Below, one piece after another: positions 1 to 13,678 of a stretch of 64,000 bases of DNA. This DNA is from an uncultured Candidatus Rokubacteria bacterium (lineage in GTDB: Bacteria > Methylomirabilota > Methylomirabilia > Rokubacteriales > CSP1-6). The notes under the pieces were generated by a model that did no database searches, was not told where the DNA came from, and saw nothing but the letters and a program-made list of their open reading frames with translations. The position numbers were made by a program, and so were the translations under genes. Where the stretch lies: contig CAVWFS010000006.1 in the NCBI GenBank assembly GCA_963754315.1, positions 32,001-96,000 of the forward strand. The letters are read 5' to 3'. Positions within the stretch are counted from its first letter, which is position 1; each line of letters opens with the position of its first letter.

Positions 1-519
1 GCGTTCCAACGCGAGATGCGCTTCTCCGAACTGCGTCATATCGTCGTCATCGTGGTCAATTCTCGCTCGGCCCCTGCCACCGATTGGGATCGAAAACCTG
101 CGCCGCCGGGTATTGTGTCGCAGTTGATCCAAGCCTCAAGCGTTCCGATCGATCATTTCTCCTTCGAATCGGTGGAACTCTTGCGAGATATGGCGGCGCG
201 GTGGGCGGACCGACGCGAGCTCGCGATTGCGCGGCGCGTCGATGCTGGCCAATCGCGGACCGAGGCCGAGGCAGCCGTGCCAAGGATTACATTCGATGCG
301 ATCGATGTCAGCTTTGACGCGATCGAAGACCCATCGGAGCGGCGTGAATTTATGGAGATGCCGACGACGTTCTTCTTGCCCGCGGAATCCATCGACCGGC
401 TGCGTGAATTGGGTGGCCGGCTTCTGCGCGACTCGCGCCCCTATAAGATTCTGCTCGAGCGCATTGCGGAGCTCGCGAAACGCGACACTCCATCGTCCGT
501 GAAGCCAAGTCCGGACTGA
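1..519 (+). CDS. Patatin-like phospholipase, C-terminal part (5' end outside window)
   Basis: Open frame from base 1. C-terminal pattern (IVVIVVNS...SSVPID...MPTTFFLP..IDRL...GGRL) parallels the patatin at 39010-40444 (LVIAFDSS...VPSIMEE...IPTRLVLP...LLVGAAGKL). Confidence 0.65.
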   Translation, partial: AFQREMRFSELRHIVVIVVNSRSAPATDWDRKPAPPGIVSQLIQASSVPIDHFSFESVELLRDMAARWADRRELAIARRVDAGQSRTEAEAAVPRITFDAIDVSFDAIEDPSERREFMEMPTTFFLPAESIDRLRELGGRLLRDSRPYKILLERIAELAKRDTPSSVKPSPD

Positions 520-900
520 GAACGGCATCGGCCTTTCCCGAGACGCAGGCGGTTCCAGCCTGGTTCCAACTAGCGGCCATCAATCCGACCTGCGGCGATC
601 ATTGGGGAACCGTGAGCGCATGGGAAAACGTTAGGATGCCTCGCTCGAGCCGTCGTGGGCACGCCCCGGTGGGGATCGTGATCAGCAGTCCGCGGGTTCA
701 AATCCCGCCCCTTCCCGAAGGCGCGGTTGACCTAAGACTGGAAGTATGTGGAGGCGAGCATGGAGCTGTAACTCCGGTGCGCCCCATCTGTCCAGCCATT
801 GTGTCCTTCGCCGGCGAGCATCGCGTAGGCCGGATGGTCAAGTCCGAGATTGAGCCGGCAGTTCGCCCATGAGTGCTGGGGCACCCATCTCAGCGGAGTT

Positions 901-1251
901 TCACTTCTTGACGAGAAGCTCAAGCCCATCGGCGCATGCGCGGGCTACCGCATGGTTCGCCTTCTCTTGCCCGGGCATCTTGTCCCAGCCACCTTTCTCG
1001 ATGACTTCGGCTCTTTGCCAGCTGCTGCCGTCCCCGAGTGCTTTCAGTTTCTCAGCGGCATCTGGTTGCTTCATGAATTGGGCGACGCAGATCGCCGCCT
1101 GACTGGCCAAGACCGCCTCGGTGGTCTTGGTTTGGGTGGTACCGGCGGTCGTCCAGCCGCCCCACCCGAAACCGACGATCATGGCGATGACGGCCCCGCA
1201 AACGAAGCCCCACGTTCCATACTTGATCTTCGCTGCCCGCTCTGGCTTCAT
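901..1251 (-). CDS. Small membrane-anchored hypothetical protein (116 aa), paralog of 14913-15326
   Basis: MKPERAAKIKYGTWGFVCGAVIAMIVGFGWGGW...; ATG overlaps the glucan synthase stop (ATGA); GGAGGA RBS; one TM helix and two Cys shared with the paralog. Confidence 0.8.
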   Translation of the reverse strand: MKPERAAKIKYGTWGFVCGAVIAMIVGFGWGGWTTAGTTQTKTTEAVLASQAAICVAQFMKQPDAAEKLKALGDGSSWQRAEVIEKGGWDKMPGQEKANHAVARACADGLELLVKK

Positions 1252-4200
1252 GACACATCCTCCTGTGTGAATGTCCAACGGGCCGCTATTTCGGCCGCCC
1301 GTCGGTCTTGCTCTTCGCCGAGGACGACGCGCACGCGGCGAGTCGCGCCGTCGCCGATGAGGGGGAGACGGGCAGGGCCAGGCGCCAGAGGGATTCCGTC
1401 GACCTCGACGCCGGCGATGCCGCGCGTCACCCCGCGCGGGTTCTCGACGGTGATCTCGTAGCGCGACGCGTGGTACCGGAAGGTGATTTCGAATCGTCGC
1501 CATGCGCGCGGGATACAGGGATCCAGATAGAGGATCGCGCCGCGCACGCGGAAGCCGAGGAGCCACTCCACCCCCGCCCGGTACATCCAGCCGGCCGAGC
1601 CCGTGTACCACGTCCAGCCCCCGCGGCCGACGTGCGGGGGCTCGGAATAGACGTCGGCGGCGGCGACATAGGGCTCCACCTTGTATCGATGAACGCCGGC
1701 CCGAGTGCTCGTGCGGTTGATCGGATTCAGGATCGAGAAGAGCTCGTTGGCCTTGTCGCCGTCTCCGAGGGCGGCAAACGCCATGACTGCCCAGATCGCA
1801 GCATGGGTATACTGGCCCCCGTTTTCGCGAACCCCGGGCGGGTAACCCTTGACGTAGCCAGGGTTGAGGGACGAACGGTCGAACGGCGGGGTGAACAGGA
1901 GGACCAGCTCCTGGGCGCGCTGGACGAGATACTCCTCGACGGCGGCCATGGCGCGTGCCGCGCGCTCGGGCTCCGCGGCCCCGGAGATCACGCCCCAGGA
2001 CTGCGCGATCGAGTCGATGCGGCATTCCTCGTTGAGGACCGACCCGAGCGGGCTCCCATCGTCGAAGTAGGCGCGACGGTACCAGTCCCCGTCCCACCCG
2101 TGCTCCTCGAGGGCCTCTTTGAGGGCGCGCACGTGAGCACGCCACCGGTCGGCGCGGGCGGTCTCGCCCCGCGTGTCGGCCAGCCGCGCGAATTCCCAGA
2201 GCGTCGTATGGAGAAACCACGCGAGCCACACACTTTCCCCTCGCCCATCGTGGCCCACTCGGTTCATGCCGTCGTTCCAGTCGCCGGTGCCGATGAGGGG
2301 CAGACCGTGCGCACCGACGGCCAGGCTCCGGTCGAGCGCGCGGGCGCCGTGCTCGAACAGCGTGCCTCGCTCGGCGGAGACGCGAGGCTGAAAGTAGGCT
2401 TCGTGCTGTCCCGCGGCCAGGGCCGCCCCCTCCAGGAAGGGGACCACCTCGTCCAGCACCGCCGCATCGCCGGTGGCTTCCACGTAGTGGGCAACGGCGT
2501 ACGGCAACCAGACCAGGTCGTCGGAGATCCGGGTGCGGACTCCCCGATCGGCCGGGGGGTGCCACCAGTGCTGGACGTCGCCCTCTACGAACTGGTGGGC
2601 GGCGGCCCGGAGGACGTGCTCGCGTGCGACGTCCCGGCTGGCCGCCGTAAGGGCCATGACGTCCTGGAGTTGGTCACGAAAGCCATAGGCGCCCCCGGCC
2701 TGATAGAAGGCGGAACGGGCCCAGACCCGACACGCTAGCGTCTGGTACAGGAGCCACCGGTTGAGCATGAGGTCCAGAGAGCGGTCCGGTGTCTTGACCT
2801 GGAGGGCACCCACGATGTCGTCCCACCGAGTCTTGATGGTTTGCCACGCCAGTTCGAGGTCTGCCGCGCGATAGCGAGTGAGGAGGGCACGGGCCTCCTC
2901 GAGCGTCGCGGTCTGGCCGAGGAAGAGGACGATCTCGCTGCGTCCGCCGGGCGGAATGTCGATCACCGTCTGCAGGACGGCGCAGGGATCCAGGCCAGCA
3001 CCGACCCTTCCCGACGGGCGATTCCCCCGTTCCAGCAGCGCGGGATGATCCAGCGTTCCATGGCGCCCCAGGAATTCCATCCGATCGCCCGTCCACGCCG
3101 TCTGGCGTCCACCAAGGTCAGCGAAGGCAACACGACCGCCGAAATCGATGCTCCAGGGGTTGCGCGCGAGGAGGGCCCCCGTGTCAGGATCGATCTCCGT
3201 TGCAATGAAGGGTGCCGTCACGCTGCGCGAGACGCCCAGTACCCACTCGACGTACGCGGTCACCGAGAGACGCCGGGACTTGCCGGATCGATTCTCGAGC
3301 GTCAGCCGCGAGATCTTTACCGGGTCTTCGGGCGGGACGAACTGAAGGAGATCGAGGGCAATGCCATGGGACGTGTGCTCGAAGCGACTGTACCCCTGAC
3401 CAAACCGAACCAGGTAAGGCCACCCCTCTTCTCGGATGGGCAGCACGGTTGGGCCCCAGAGAGCTCCGGTCTCTTCATCCCGGACATAGATCGCCTCGCC
3501 CGGCGGGTCGCTGACCGCATCGTTGGACCACGCCGACAGCTGATTCTCGCGACTGTTGAGCGACCACGTGTAGCCGGCGCCGGACTCCGAGGTCTGGAAG
3601 CCGAAGCTGGGATTGGCAATGACGTTCACCCAGGGGGCCGGCGTCCACTGCCCAGGGCCGAGGACAATGACGTACTCGCGTCCGTCATCGACGAACCCCC
3701 CCAGACCGTTGAAGAACTCCAATGTCGGGGCGGGGTAGCGGAATGTCGACGGACGATTCCGCGAGGGCCCGGCGGCGTGGCGGGGGGGCGGCCTCGGTCC
3801 GGGTGAGATCGACCCGAGCGAGCTGCTCGGCGAGGGATCCCCTGTCGACTCAGGAGGATGGCGCGGGAGGCTGCATGCAGCGCGTCTCGGTCCTGCGTCG
3901 AGAGGAGGTCCTTGCGAACGATGAACACATTTCCGTGTGGCCCGTGCTGGTCATGCCGCGACCCCGACTGGCTCGTCCGGACCAGCGCTTCCAGGGAGGC
4001 CTGAAGCTCCTCCGTATAGGATTGGGCCTTCTCGTTCAGAATGACGAGATCGACGGCCAAGCCCTTCAGGCGCCAGTACTCGTGAGCGCGGAGGAGTTGG
4101 CGGACGATCCCTCGATCCTCGGGTTCGTCGATCCGGACCAGGACGACCGGGAGGTCACCCGAGATCCGGTGCGCCCACAGGGCGGCGGGGCCCGACGTAT

Positions 4201-7200
4201 TGCGGTTCAGCACCTCTGTGGAGGGCCGGAGGGTGGGGTCGGAGTACAGGATCCGACTGGCCAGACTCTGGAACAGATGGGCCTCATCCGCCCCGATCCC
4301 GAGATGATGTAACTGGACCTGCGCCTGCGTCCAGGCCAACGTGACGGTGCGCTCGAAGGCAGCTGGGTCGCGATACTCGTCGGCAGAGCCGCACGGCTTC
4401 CTCGCGTGAAGGGGTGACCAGCGTGGAGAAGAGGAGCCGAGCGCTCTCGCCCGGTGCGCAGACGAACACGTCGCCTGAGGCTGAAGATCGGGTCGAGGAC
4501 CGAGCCCACGGTGTTCGACAGCGGTCGACCGTCGATCACGGCCAGCGGGGTGCGGATTCCGCGACCCCGACCCAGGAAGCGCGCTCGGTCGGTTTCGTAC
4601 TGGGTGCCCCCTCCGGACTGGCCTTCGACCGCGACGATGTGGGCCGCCCATACGGACGGTTCGTCGGGGGAGCGGTGGCGACGGGTGGCCAGCAGAGCCC
4701 CGAGGGAACCGATCCATTCTGTCTGGACGAACAGACTGGAAAAGGCCGGGTGGGCGGCATCCGCGGCGTCCGGGGCCAGCACCACCTCGCTGTACGACGT
4801 CAACTCGATCTCCCTCACTTGATCGCCGAGGTTCGTGAGCGAAACGCGGCGAAGCTCCACGTCCTCTTGCGGAGACACGAGGACATCGAGCGTGGTTGTG
4901 ATGGCGCCGTCGCGCCGGTGAATCTCTGCGCGCTCTTCGAAGAACGTCGCGCGGTAGACGTCTGGCTCCACACCCGTGGGTTGGTATCCGGTAGACCACA
5001 CGGCGCCGTTCTGGGCGTCGCGCAGGAAGATGTACGATCCCCAGTGGTCGCGGGTGGCATCCGTGCGCCATCGCGTGATGGCCAGGTCGGCGCAGCGACT
5101 GTAGCCGGAGCCCGCCGCCGTCAGCATCACCATGTATCGCCCATTGGAGAGCAGGTGGGTGCGCGGGGCCAAGTCGTGCGGGGACGTGTACTGACGGAAA
5201 ACTGGCTCCACGAAATCGGGGACATGGGCCCGCGTTGGCACTTCGTCCACGGGGGGCCGAACGACCGCCACGTCCGTGGGCGCGCGTTCCTGCAGGAGCA
5301 GATCGGTGGCTTGTACGATCGGCTCGAGATGGAAGCGCGCGCGCATCACGCCACCTCGCAGGACGTTCGCCAGCGCCACGATGGCCATGCCCTGGTGATG
5401 CGCCATGTAGGTGCGGACGATTGCCACCGAGCTCCCTTCGGGGAGGCGTGATCTCGTGTAGTCGAGCGCCTCGTAAAACCCGAAGGAACCCCGCGCGCCG
5501 GTTTCGGCTAGGCGCGAGAGGTTGTGGGCAGCGGCCACGGGATCGACCATGGCGGCCAGGACGGTCGCGTAAGGCGCCACCACGAGGTCTTCGCTGAGGC
5601 CACGCTCGAGACCCAAGCCCGGCACTCCGAAGTTCGAATACTGGTACGTCAGATCCAGGTCGCGAACGTTGTAGGCAGATTCGGATATTCCCCACGGGAT
5701 TCCGCGTTCGGTGCCGTAGCTCATTTGACGACGGACGACCAGGCGATACGTCTGGTCAAGCAAGCTTTCCGGCGGGGAGTGCATGACGAGCACGGGCATC
5801 AGGTATTCGAACATCGAGCCCGACCAGGAGACGAGCGCCGATCCGAGCGCGACCGGGGTCATCGGACGACCTAGTCTGAACCAATGGGAGGAAGGAACCT
5901 CGCCTTTGGCAATCGCGATGAAACTCGCGAGCCGCGCTTCGGAGGCGAGCAGATCGTACTCGCCGGGGTCGAGGCTGCCGTCCGTGACGCGGTAGCCGAT
6001 CGAGAACATCTTGCGAGCCGGGTCGAAGAGGAAGCCGAACTGCATCGCGTCGAAGAGTTCCTTGGTGAGATCGGCGACGGCCAGAAGACGGCGGACGAGC
6101 GTGCGGGCGGCCTCGGCGGAGCGCTCGAGTGTCTCGATGATCGCATCGAGGCGCGCGATCGCCCCCCCGCCGGCGGCGCCTTCCTGCGGCACGGAAGCGC
6201 GGAGGATGGTCAACTCGCCAATGGCTGCCTGACAGCGATCCACCAAGTCGGTGGGAGTTGGAGGCGAGGACATGAGGTTCTCGATGACCCGCCCGGCCTC
6301 GGGAAAAGCGCTCGCGAGCTCAGCCGCGGCGGCCGCGAGCGGCGGCGCCCACGGCATGATCGTTTCGAAGTCACGCTCGTGGCTGGCTACGGTGGTGCGT
6401 ACCGCCTGGGCCCAGACGACGACCTCGGAGTCGGCTCCGTCATCGCGCTCGGCGTCAGGGTGCGTGCGATGTCCACCAGCGTGTCGGCCTGTGCGGCCAC
6501 GCGACGAAGACCAGCTGCCCATGCGGCCAGGCTCGTCGGGGGCTCGCGTAGCGCGGCCACCAGCGTGTCGGCGGCCTGATCGAGATCGGCCAGGGTGACG
6601 GTCTGACTACGCTGGTCGTCGGCGAGGACGGCGGCGGTCTCTTGGACGAGCAGCACCGCGTCCTCGATGCCAGTGAGCGTTTCTCGATCTAGCAGCGGGC
6701 GCTCGACTGCGCCCCGACAAGCATTGCCGAGTACCAGGAGATGACCCGCGAGGTTTCCACTGTCGACGGTGGAGACGTAGCGGGGCTCCAGCGGGCGGAG
6801 ATCGGCCGTGTCATACCAGTTGTAGAAGTGGCCCCGAAACCGCTCCAGGCGGCTCATCGTCGCGAGGGTGGCCTCGATCCGTTCCAGAGTCTCCAATGTC
6901 CCGAGCCAGCCGAAATCACGCGCCGCCACCGTGGCCAGCAAACTGAGCCCGATGTTGGTGGGCGACGTGCGATGGGCGAGCGCCGGCTTTGGATCCTCCT
7001 GGAAGTTGTCGGGAGGCAGGAAGGTGTCGTCCGGGCCGACAAAGGTCTCGAAGAACCGCCAGGTGCGGCGCGCCGTGGTGCGGAGGATGCTGGCGTCGGA
7101 TGGAGTGGGGATCGGGGTTGAAGACACCGGCGAGGGACGGCTGACCCAGCGGGCCACCAGGGGCGATAGGACCCAGAGCAAGACGAACGGTGCGGCCAGG

Positions 7201-10129
7201 ACACCGTTTTCTGGCCTGGTGAAGGCGACCAGGACCCCCGCGGCGCCGGCGAGCACGAGGGCGCCCGCCATGCGGCGGTACACGCCGATCACGTGCAGGG
7301 CAGATCCCGACTTGGATTGGGCGGCGGTCACCCATGCGAGTAGCCGTCGGCGGGTCACGTACAGACGGACGAGGGTCCGCGCGATGGCATCGCCCATCAG
7401 CCACGCCTGATGGGCCAGCAAGGTGACGGTGAGCGAAATCTGGGCGGCGGCAAGGGCAAAGCTCCTCCCGACGGCGCGGAGGTGGGTCCGCTTGGAGACG
7501 CCCGATCGCTCGGGAATCACCTCCTCGAAGGCCGGTACCAGCGCGGGAAGCGCGATGATGACGAGCACGAACATCGTCCACACCAGGGACGGACTTCCGG
7601 GCAGCGTCCAGCCTGCGAGCAGCGTGAGCCAGGCGGTAGGCGCCGACAGGGTGCGGCGGAGATTGTCGATCATCTTCCACAGACCCGTGAGGGGGATCCG
7701 TGTTCGACGCGTTTCGCCGACGGTGCCCGCGATGATCCAGGGGAGCAGTTGCCAATCTCCGCGCGCCCACCGGTGCTGCCGCGCGGCCGCGACCTCGTAA
7801 TGCGATGGGAACTCTTCGAAGAGCTCGATATCGGTGACGAGTCCCGCCCGGGCGAAGATCCCCTCGAAGAGGTCGTGGCTCAACAGGGCGTTCTCGGGGA
7901 CGCGTCCGGCCAGGGCCGCTTCGAAGCTGTCGACCTCATAGATGCCCTTGCCGGTATAGGAGCCCTCGCCAAACAGGTCCTGGTAGACATCGGACACGGC
8001 GGCGGCATAGGGATCGACTCCGGCCGGACCGGCGAAGACCCGCTGGAAGAGAGACCCGAGCCGGTCGGAAGGCATCGTGGGAGTGATACGAGGTTGAAGG
8101 ACAGCGTATCCGTCGACGACGCGGCCCACCTCAGCGTCGAACGCGGCCCGGTTGAGGGGATGCGCGATGGTGCCCACCAGGCGGCGGGCGGCGTCCCGGG
8201 GCAGGCGGGTATCAGCATCGAGCGTGATCACGTAGCGGACGGCCGCCGGCACGAGGGCGGGCGCCCACGCGTGGTCAAGAACGTCGTGTCGCTCGCGCCC
8301 CTGAGCAGCCGGTTGAGTTCGTGAAGTTTCCCACGCTTGCGCTCCCACCCCATCCAGGTGCCTTGCGTTTCATTCCAGACTCGTCGTCGGTGGAGCAAGA
8401 GAAACCGTTCTCCGTCGTCGGAAACCGAGCGGTGACGTCGGTTGAGACGCGCGATCGCCTCCATGGCGCCCGCGAGGAGCCGGTCATCGTCCGGCCGCGT
8501 CTCCGTGGGCGCGTCCGTCCAGTCGGAGAGGAGAGCAAAGCGAATGTCACCATCTGGGTTGGCGAGGTAGTGGATCTCCAGACGACTGGCCTGTGCTTCG
8601 ACCTCGGCTTCGCTCGTCAATAGGGCGGGCACCACCACCAGGGTTCGCAGGTCCGACGGGACTCCATCGGGGAGCTCGAGGCGCGGTAGTGGCTTCGGGC
8701 CAAGCACGTCCATGACCGTGCGGTTGATCAGCGCGACCGCGAGGTCGGAGGCTGGAAGCAATGCGACCAGACCGAGGAGAATGAGCACGCTGGGACTCAC
8801 GCCCGAGGCGTGGGCGGCGAGCAGCGGGACGGCCAGGAGCAGGCCGGTCACGACGCCAATGGTGGCGAGGTACCGCGGCAATGCGCCAGAGACAAAGGCG
8901 CGAAGCAACCACCGCTTGAGGGGAACGTGGTAGCCGATTTCCCGCTCGAAGAGCGGCCGGCCGCCCCCGAGCAGGTAGTAACCCGGATCTTCGAATCGAT
9001 CGCCGGGAGGTGCGCTGGCGGGCGGCGCCGCCTCCGCGGCGCCGTGAGCGCGGGCGATCGCCTGCCGAGTCACGTCGAGCTCGGATCGCTTGGCGCCCCG
9101 GGCGAGATCTTCGATCTCGTGGCGGTAGCGGTCGCGCGTCGCGAAGTCCATGCCGCCAAAGTGGCTGGCGGCGCGGAGCGCCTCATCGACGAGGCTGACG
9201 CTTTCGAAGAACTGCGTCCAGTCGAATTTCGACATCGTCCGCATACTGGTGATCACGTTGCGGACTGTCACATTCAGTCGAGGCCTGGCGCTGGTGCTCG
9301 GCTCGCACCAGCTCGTCGGGCGATGTTCCCAACGCCGACAGCTGTTCACTAAGCCAGCGCAGCGCCGGCGTCGACACGGGGTCCTGCTCGCGGAGGCGCT
9401 GGACGAGCTGCACGGTGAAGGCGCTGGGCCAGGCGGCCGCTTCGATGTGTTGGAAGGCCAGGGGTCGGGCGGGTTGCCCGCCGAGCCCAAGCAACTCATT
9501 CGCCAAGGCGTCGGCGTCATGGCGGGCCGTACGTGCCTGGACGATCTCGTTCGGCGAGACGGCGAAGGTTCTCCACGAGCACCATCCGCAACGCGATGGG
9601 GACGGCCCACAGCTCACCGACGGTGAGCGGCTGCGTCGCGCTGGAAGGCCCGGACGAAGCGCCGGAGCACTTCGGGCTCGAAGTGGCTGTCGGTGTGGGC
9701 GACGAAGGCCCAGGTCAGGCCGAGGACGCGCGGATAGCCGTGCAGGGGGCCGTCCGCGAGCTTGGGCAGCTCGCGGTAGAACCCGTCCGGTAGGTCCTCC
9801 TGGATCGACCGCAGAGCCTCGTCCACGACGTGAAAGTTGTCGAGGAACCACTCCGCGGCTGGCGTGAGGGCGCCTTCCGCGCGGATGACGGCGGCCATCG
9901 CGCGATAACATTGGAGGAGCACGCGTTTGCTGTCTCGCACGCGGGGTGAGAGGGGACGACCGCGCTTGCCCCCATCCAGGATGCGCTGGCCAGCGAGGCT
10001 TTCGGCGTGCTGCTCCAATCGCTCGGGGCTGAAGAGTTCCGCTCGAATGGGATCCTGCGACTCGGGCATCAGTGACGTGGCGGGCGCGTTCACGTCCCGG
10101 AGGAGCAACGCCTTCAGTCCAGTTTGCAT
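1248..10129 (-). CDS. ndvB: Cyclic beta-1,2-glucan synthase (NdvB/ChvB/Cgs; GT84 plus GH94 phosphorylase), split by about 8-9 frameshifts
   Basis: Colinear pieces in successive frames: PIRAELFSPERLEQHA, WMGWERKRGKL, YVITLDADT, GEGSYTGKGIY, LLSHDLFEG, RQHRWARGDWQL, PPDNFQEDP, YDLLASEARLAS, SWSGSMFEYLMP, YMAHHQGM, GAYGFRDQLQD, GDWNDGMN, GVRENGGQYTHA, GRGGWTWYTGSAGW. Confidence 0.92.
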
Positions 10130-10357
10130 GGACTCGGCACGATCTGTGTACAGGGCGGGGACGGTGGACTGGGCTTTGTCGCCCTGCTGATGGCTGGCTT
10201 TCGCGAGTCGCTTACAGAACCACCACGGCTGACGGCGCGCGCAAGCACACAGATGACGAATCGTGATGACGGCAACCACCGCGCTGGCGGAACAGCGCGG
10301 ACGACCAGACATACACCATGTTCATTTCATCCTCACTCTAGCCGACGTCATCAGGGT

Positions 10358-10385
10358 CGCCTATTGGACCAAAGTCCAATAGGCG
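10358..10385. promoter_or_regulatory. Perfect 12-bp inverted repeat, probable operator upstream of the glucan synthase
   Basis: CGCCTATTGGAC-CAAA-GTCCAATAGGCG; TAGAGT -10-like hexamer at 10340-10335 on the minus strand; core recurs at 14827. Confidence 0.55.
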
Positions 10386-10401
10386 CACTCCTTACGTGGA
10401 G

Positions 10402-10662
10402 CTATGCCGCGTGCGCCCGTGCAGGTGATCCTAGCTGATTGCTCATCGCGATCCGGTAGAGGACCCACCCGCTGACGTCCTGACCGCCGACGCGCTCAGC
10501 CCGCTCGAATAAGCCCGGCCGGCTTGTTGGCGAGGTCGGTGGATACTCCAAGAGCACCGCCCTCCGACCGAGCAGTACGGCCTCCGCTGGTAAGGGAGCC
10601 TCGATGTCGTAACGAGCCAAAATCCTTCGCCTCTCGTGGTAGAACTCCATCAGCCACTTCAT
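10402..10662 (-). CDS. Hypothetical protein (86 aa)
   Basis: GAGGAGG RBS before ATG; plausible composition; no recognised family. Confidence 0.6.
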   Translation of the reverse strand: MKWLMEFYHERRRILARYDIEAPLPAEAVLLGRRAVLLEYPPTSPTSRPGLFERAERVGGQDVSGWVLYRIAMSNQLGSPARAHAA

Positions 10663-10841
10663 CGGTAACCTCCTCGTACGAGCCTGTCAGTCCCGCGAGG
10701 CCGACAGCCGGGAAAAGAATCCGGACGGTGTTTCAACCGCTCCTGCGAACTCGCGGCCGGCTCTTCTCGCGGAAGCTCGTGGCGGCCCTTCACCGGTGCA
10801 TCGTGTTCTTCCGATCACGCGCGGAGGTTCCAAGCCTATCC

Positions 10842-11126
10842 TCACTTCCGCCGCCTGCGACGGGTTTCGCTAGCTCTCTTCTCCACCGATCCTCCTCGAC
10901 GGGTACCCCCCCGGACGTGACGAACCTCCCTGGCCTGTCTCTCCACGTTAGTGAGGAGAGCGGGGTCATCGCCGCGCTTCAGCCCCTCCCCGATGAGGGC
11001 CCGGAGAACAATCTGCAGACTCACCGGGAGCTTGAACGTGGCCGTCGCGTTCCCGGCCAGGACCCGGGCCCGATCCAGAAGGTCCCGGGGGAGAATGAGG
11101 AGGACTCTGGTCGTATTCGCGAACAT
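10842..11126 (-). CDS. Small basic protein, possible ribbon-helix-helix DNA-binding protein (94 aa)
   Basis: AGGAGGAG RBS; MFANTTRVLLILPRDLLDRARVLA...VSLQIVLRALIGEGL fits a beta-helix-helix pattern; Arg-rich tail. Confidence 0.55.
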   Translation of the reverse strand: MFANTTRVLLILPRDLLDRARVLAGNATATFKLPVSLQIVLRALIGEGLKRGDDPALLTNVERQAREVRHVRGGTRRGGSVEKRASETRRRRRK

Positions 11127-11182
11127 CGCTCCTCCTGTTTTCGGGTGGGCCACCCCGTCCTTCGGTCGGACGCGAGGCCGAG

Positions 11183-11236
11183 CCATTCTTATATAAGTTA
11201 TTCTTGTTATATAATTTATCTGTGATATATATATGA
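11183..11236. promoter_or_regulatory. AT-rich divergent promoter region with three TATATA-core palindromes at 18-bp period
   Basis: TTATATAA at 11189 and 11207, ATATATAT at 11225, in an otherwise very GC-rich window. Confidence 0.6.
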
Positions 11237-11292
11237 AGTCAACTGAAAGAACCATCCAAAGGTCGGGGGCGCCAACGCGAAGGAGGAGAGTC

Positions 11293-11562
11293 ATGGATTT
11301 CGCAATGGTCGCGACGTGGGTTTTTGTGGGGCTGCTGGCCGGGTGGCTGGCGGGGTTCGTGATGAAGGATGGAGGGTATGGGCTCGTCTGGAACCTCGTC
11401 CTCGGACTCGTCGGGAGCAGCGCGGCGATCGTGATCCTTTCGGTCCTGGGCGTCGCTCCGGACGCGGGGACGTTCGCGACGGCCGTGGTCGCGTTCATCG
11501 GCGCGGCCCTCGTGATCGTGGCCCAGCGTAAGCTCTGGCCCGCCCCGCGCCTAGGAACGTGA
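11293..11562 (+). CDS. GlsB/YeaQ/YmgE family (transglycosylase-associated) stress membrane protein
   Basis: [34 protein letters not shown]...[20 protein letters not shown]. Confidence 0.85.
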   Translation: MDFAMVATWVFVGLLAGWLAGFVMKDGGYGLVWNLVLGLVGSSAAIVILSVLGVAPDAGTFATAVVAFIGAALVIVAQRKLWPAPRLGT

Positions 11563-11680
11563 ACCGTCTACCCCAGGCGGCCGCGGCGCGCGGCGCGCTG
11601 CGCCGGGGCCGGCCAGGTCGAACCGCGATCGGGTCCCGCGGCCTGGCCAGGGCGAAGTCCACCACAGGAGGAAAGAGGGT

Positions 11681-11968
11681 ATGAAGATCCGCCCGTTGCA
11701 CGATCGCATTCTGGTCACGCGCGTCGCGGCGCCGGAGGTTGGCCGGCACGGCATCATCATCCCGGACACGGCGAAGGAGAAGCCCCAGGAGGGCACGGTC
11801 GTCGCGGTCGGGAACGGCAAGGTGACTGAGGACGGCAAGAGGATCGCCTTGGACGTGAAAGCCGGCGACCGGATTCTGTTCGGCAAGTACTCCGGGGGCG
11901 ACGTGACCGTCGAGAATAACGAGTACGTCATCATGCGGGAGGAAGATGTGTTCGCCATCCTCAAGTAA
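11681..11968 (+). CDS. groES: Co-chaperonin GroES
   Basis: [12 protein letters not shown]...[23 protein letters not shown]...[15 protein letters not shown]. Confidence 0.97.
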   Translation: MKIRPLHDRILVTRVAAPEVGRHGIIIPDTAKEKPQEGTVVAVGNGKVTEDGKRIALDVKAGDRILFGKYSGGDVTVENNEYVIMREEDVFAILK

Positions 11969-12016
11969 GCAGGGTTGAGGAAGGACGACGCATCACCCCG
12001 ATCAAGGAAGGACTGA

Positions 12017-13642
<1,626 letters not shown>

Positions 13643-13651
13643 CGGTTCGGA

Positions 13652-13678
13652 GGAGGCTCCGTGAAACGCGGAGCCTCC
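13652..13678 (+). terminator. Hairpin after groEL, probable terminator or stabiliser
   Basis: GGAGGCTCCG-TGAAACG-CGGAGCCTCC, 10-bp stem 9 nt after the stop; weak U tract. Confidence 0.55.

Noticed and set aside
1252..2565. N-terminal part of the 554-aa ORF 901..2565
   Set aside because: Shadow frame of the GH94 domain; only the last 116 aa look like a real protein.
1248..10129. Programmed ribosomal frameshifting in the glucan synthase
   Set aside because: There are too many shifts, no consistent slippery motif was seen, and the same pattern occurs in unrelated genes.
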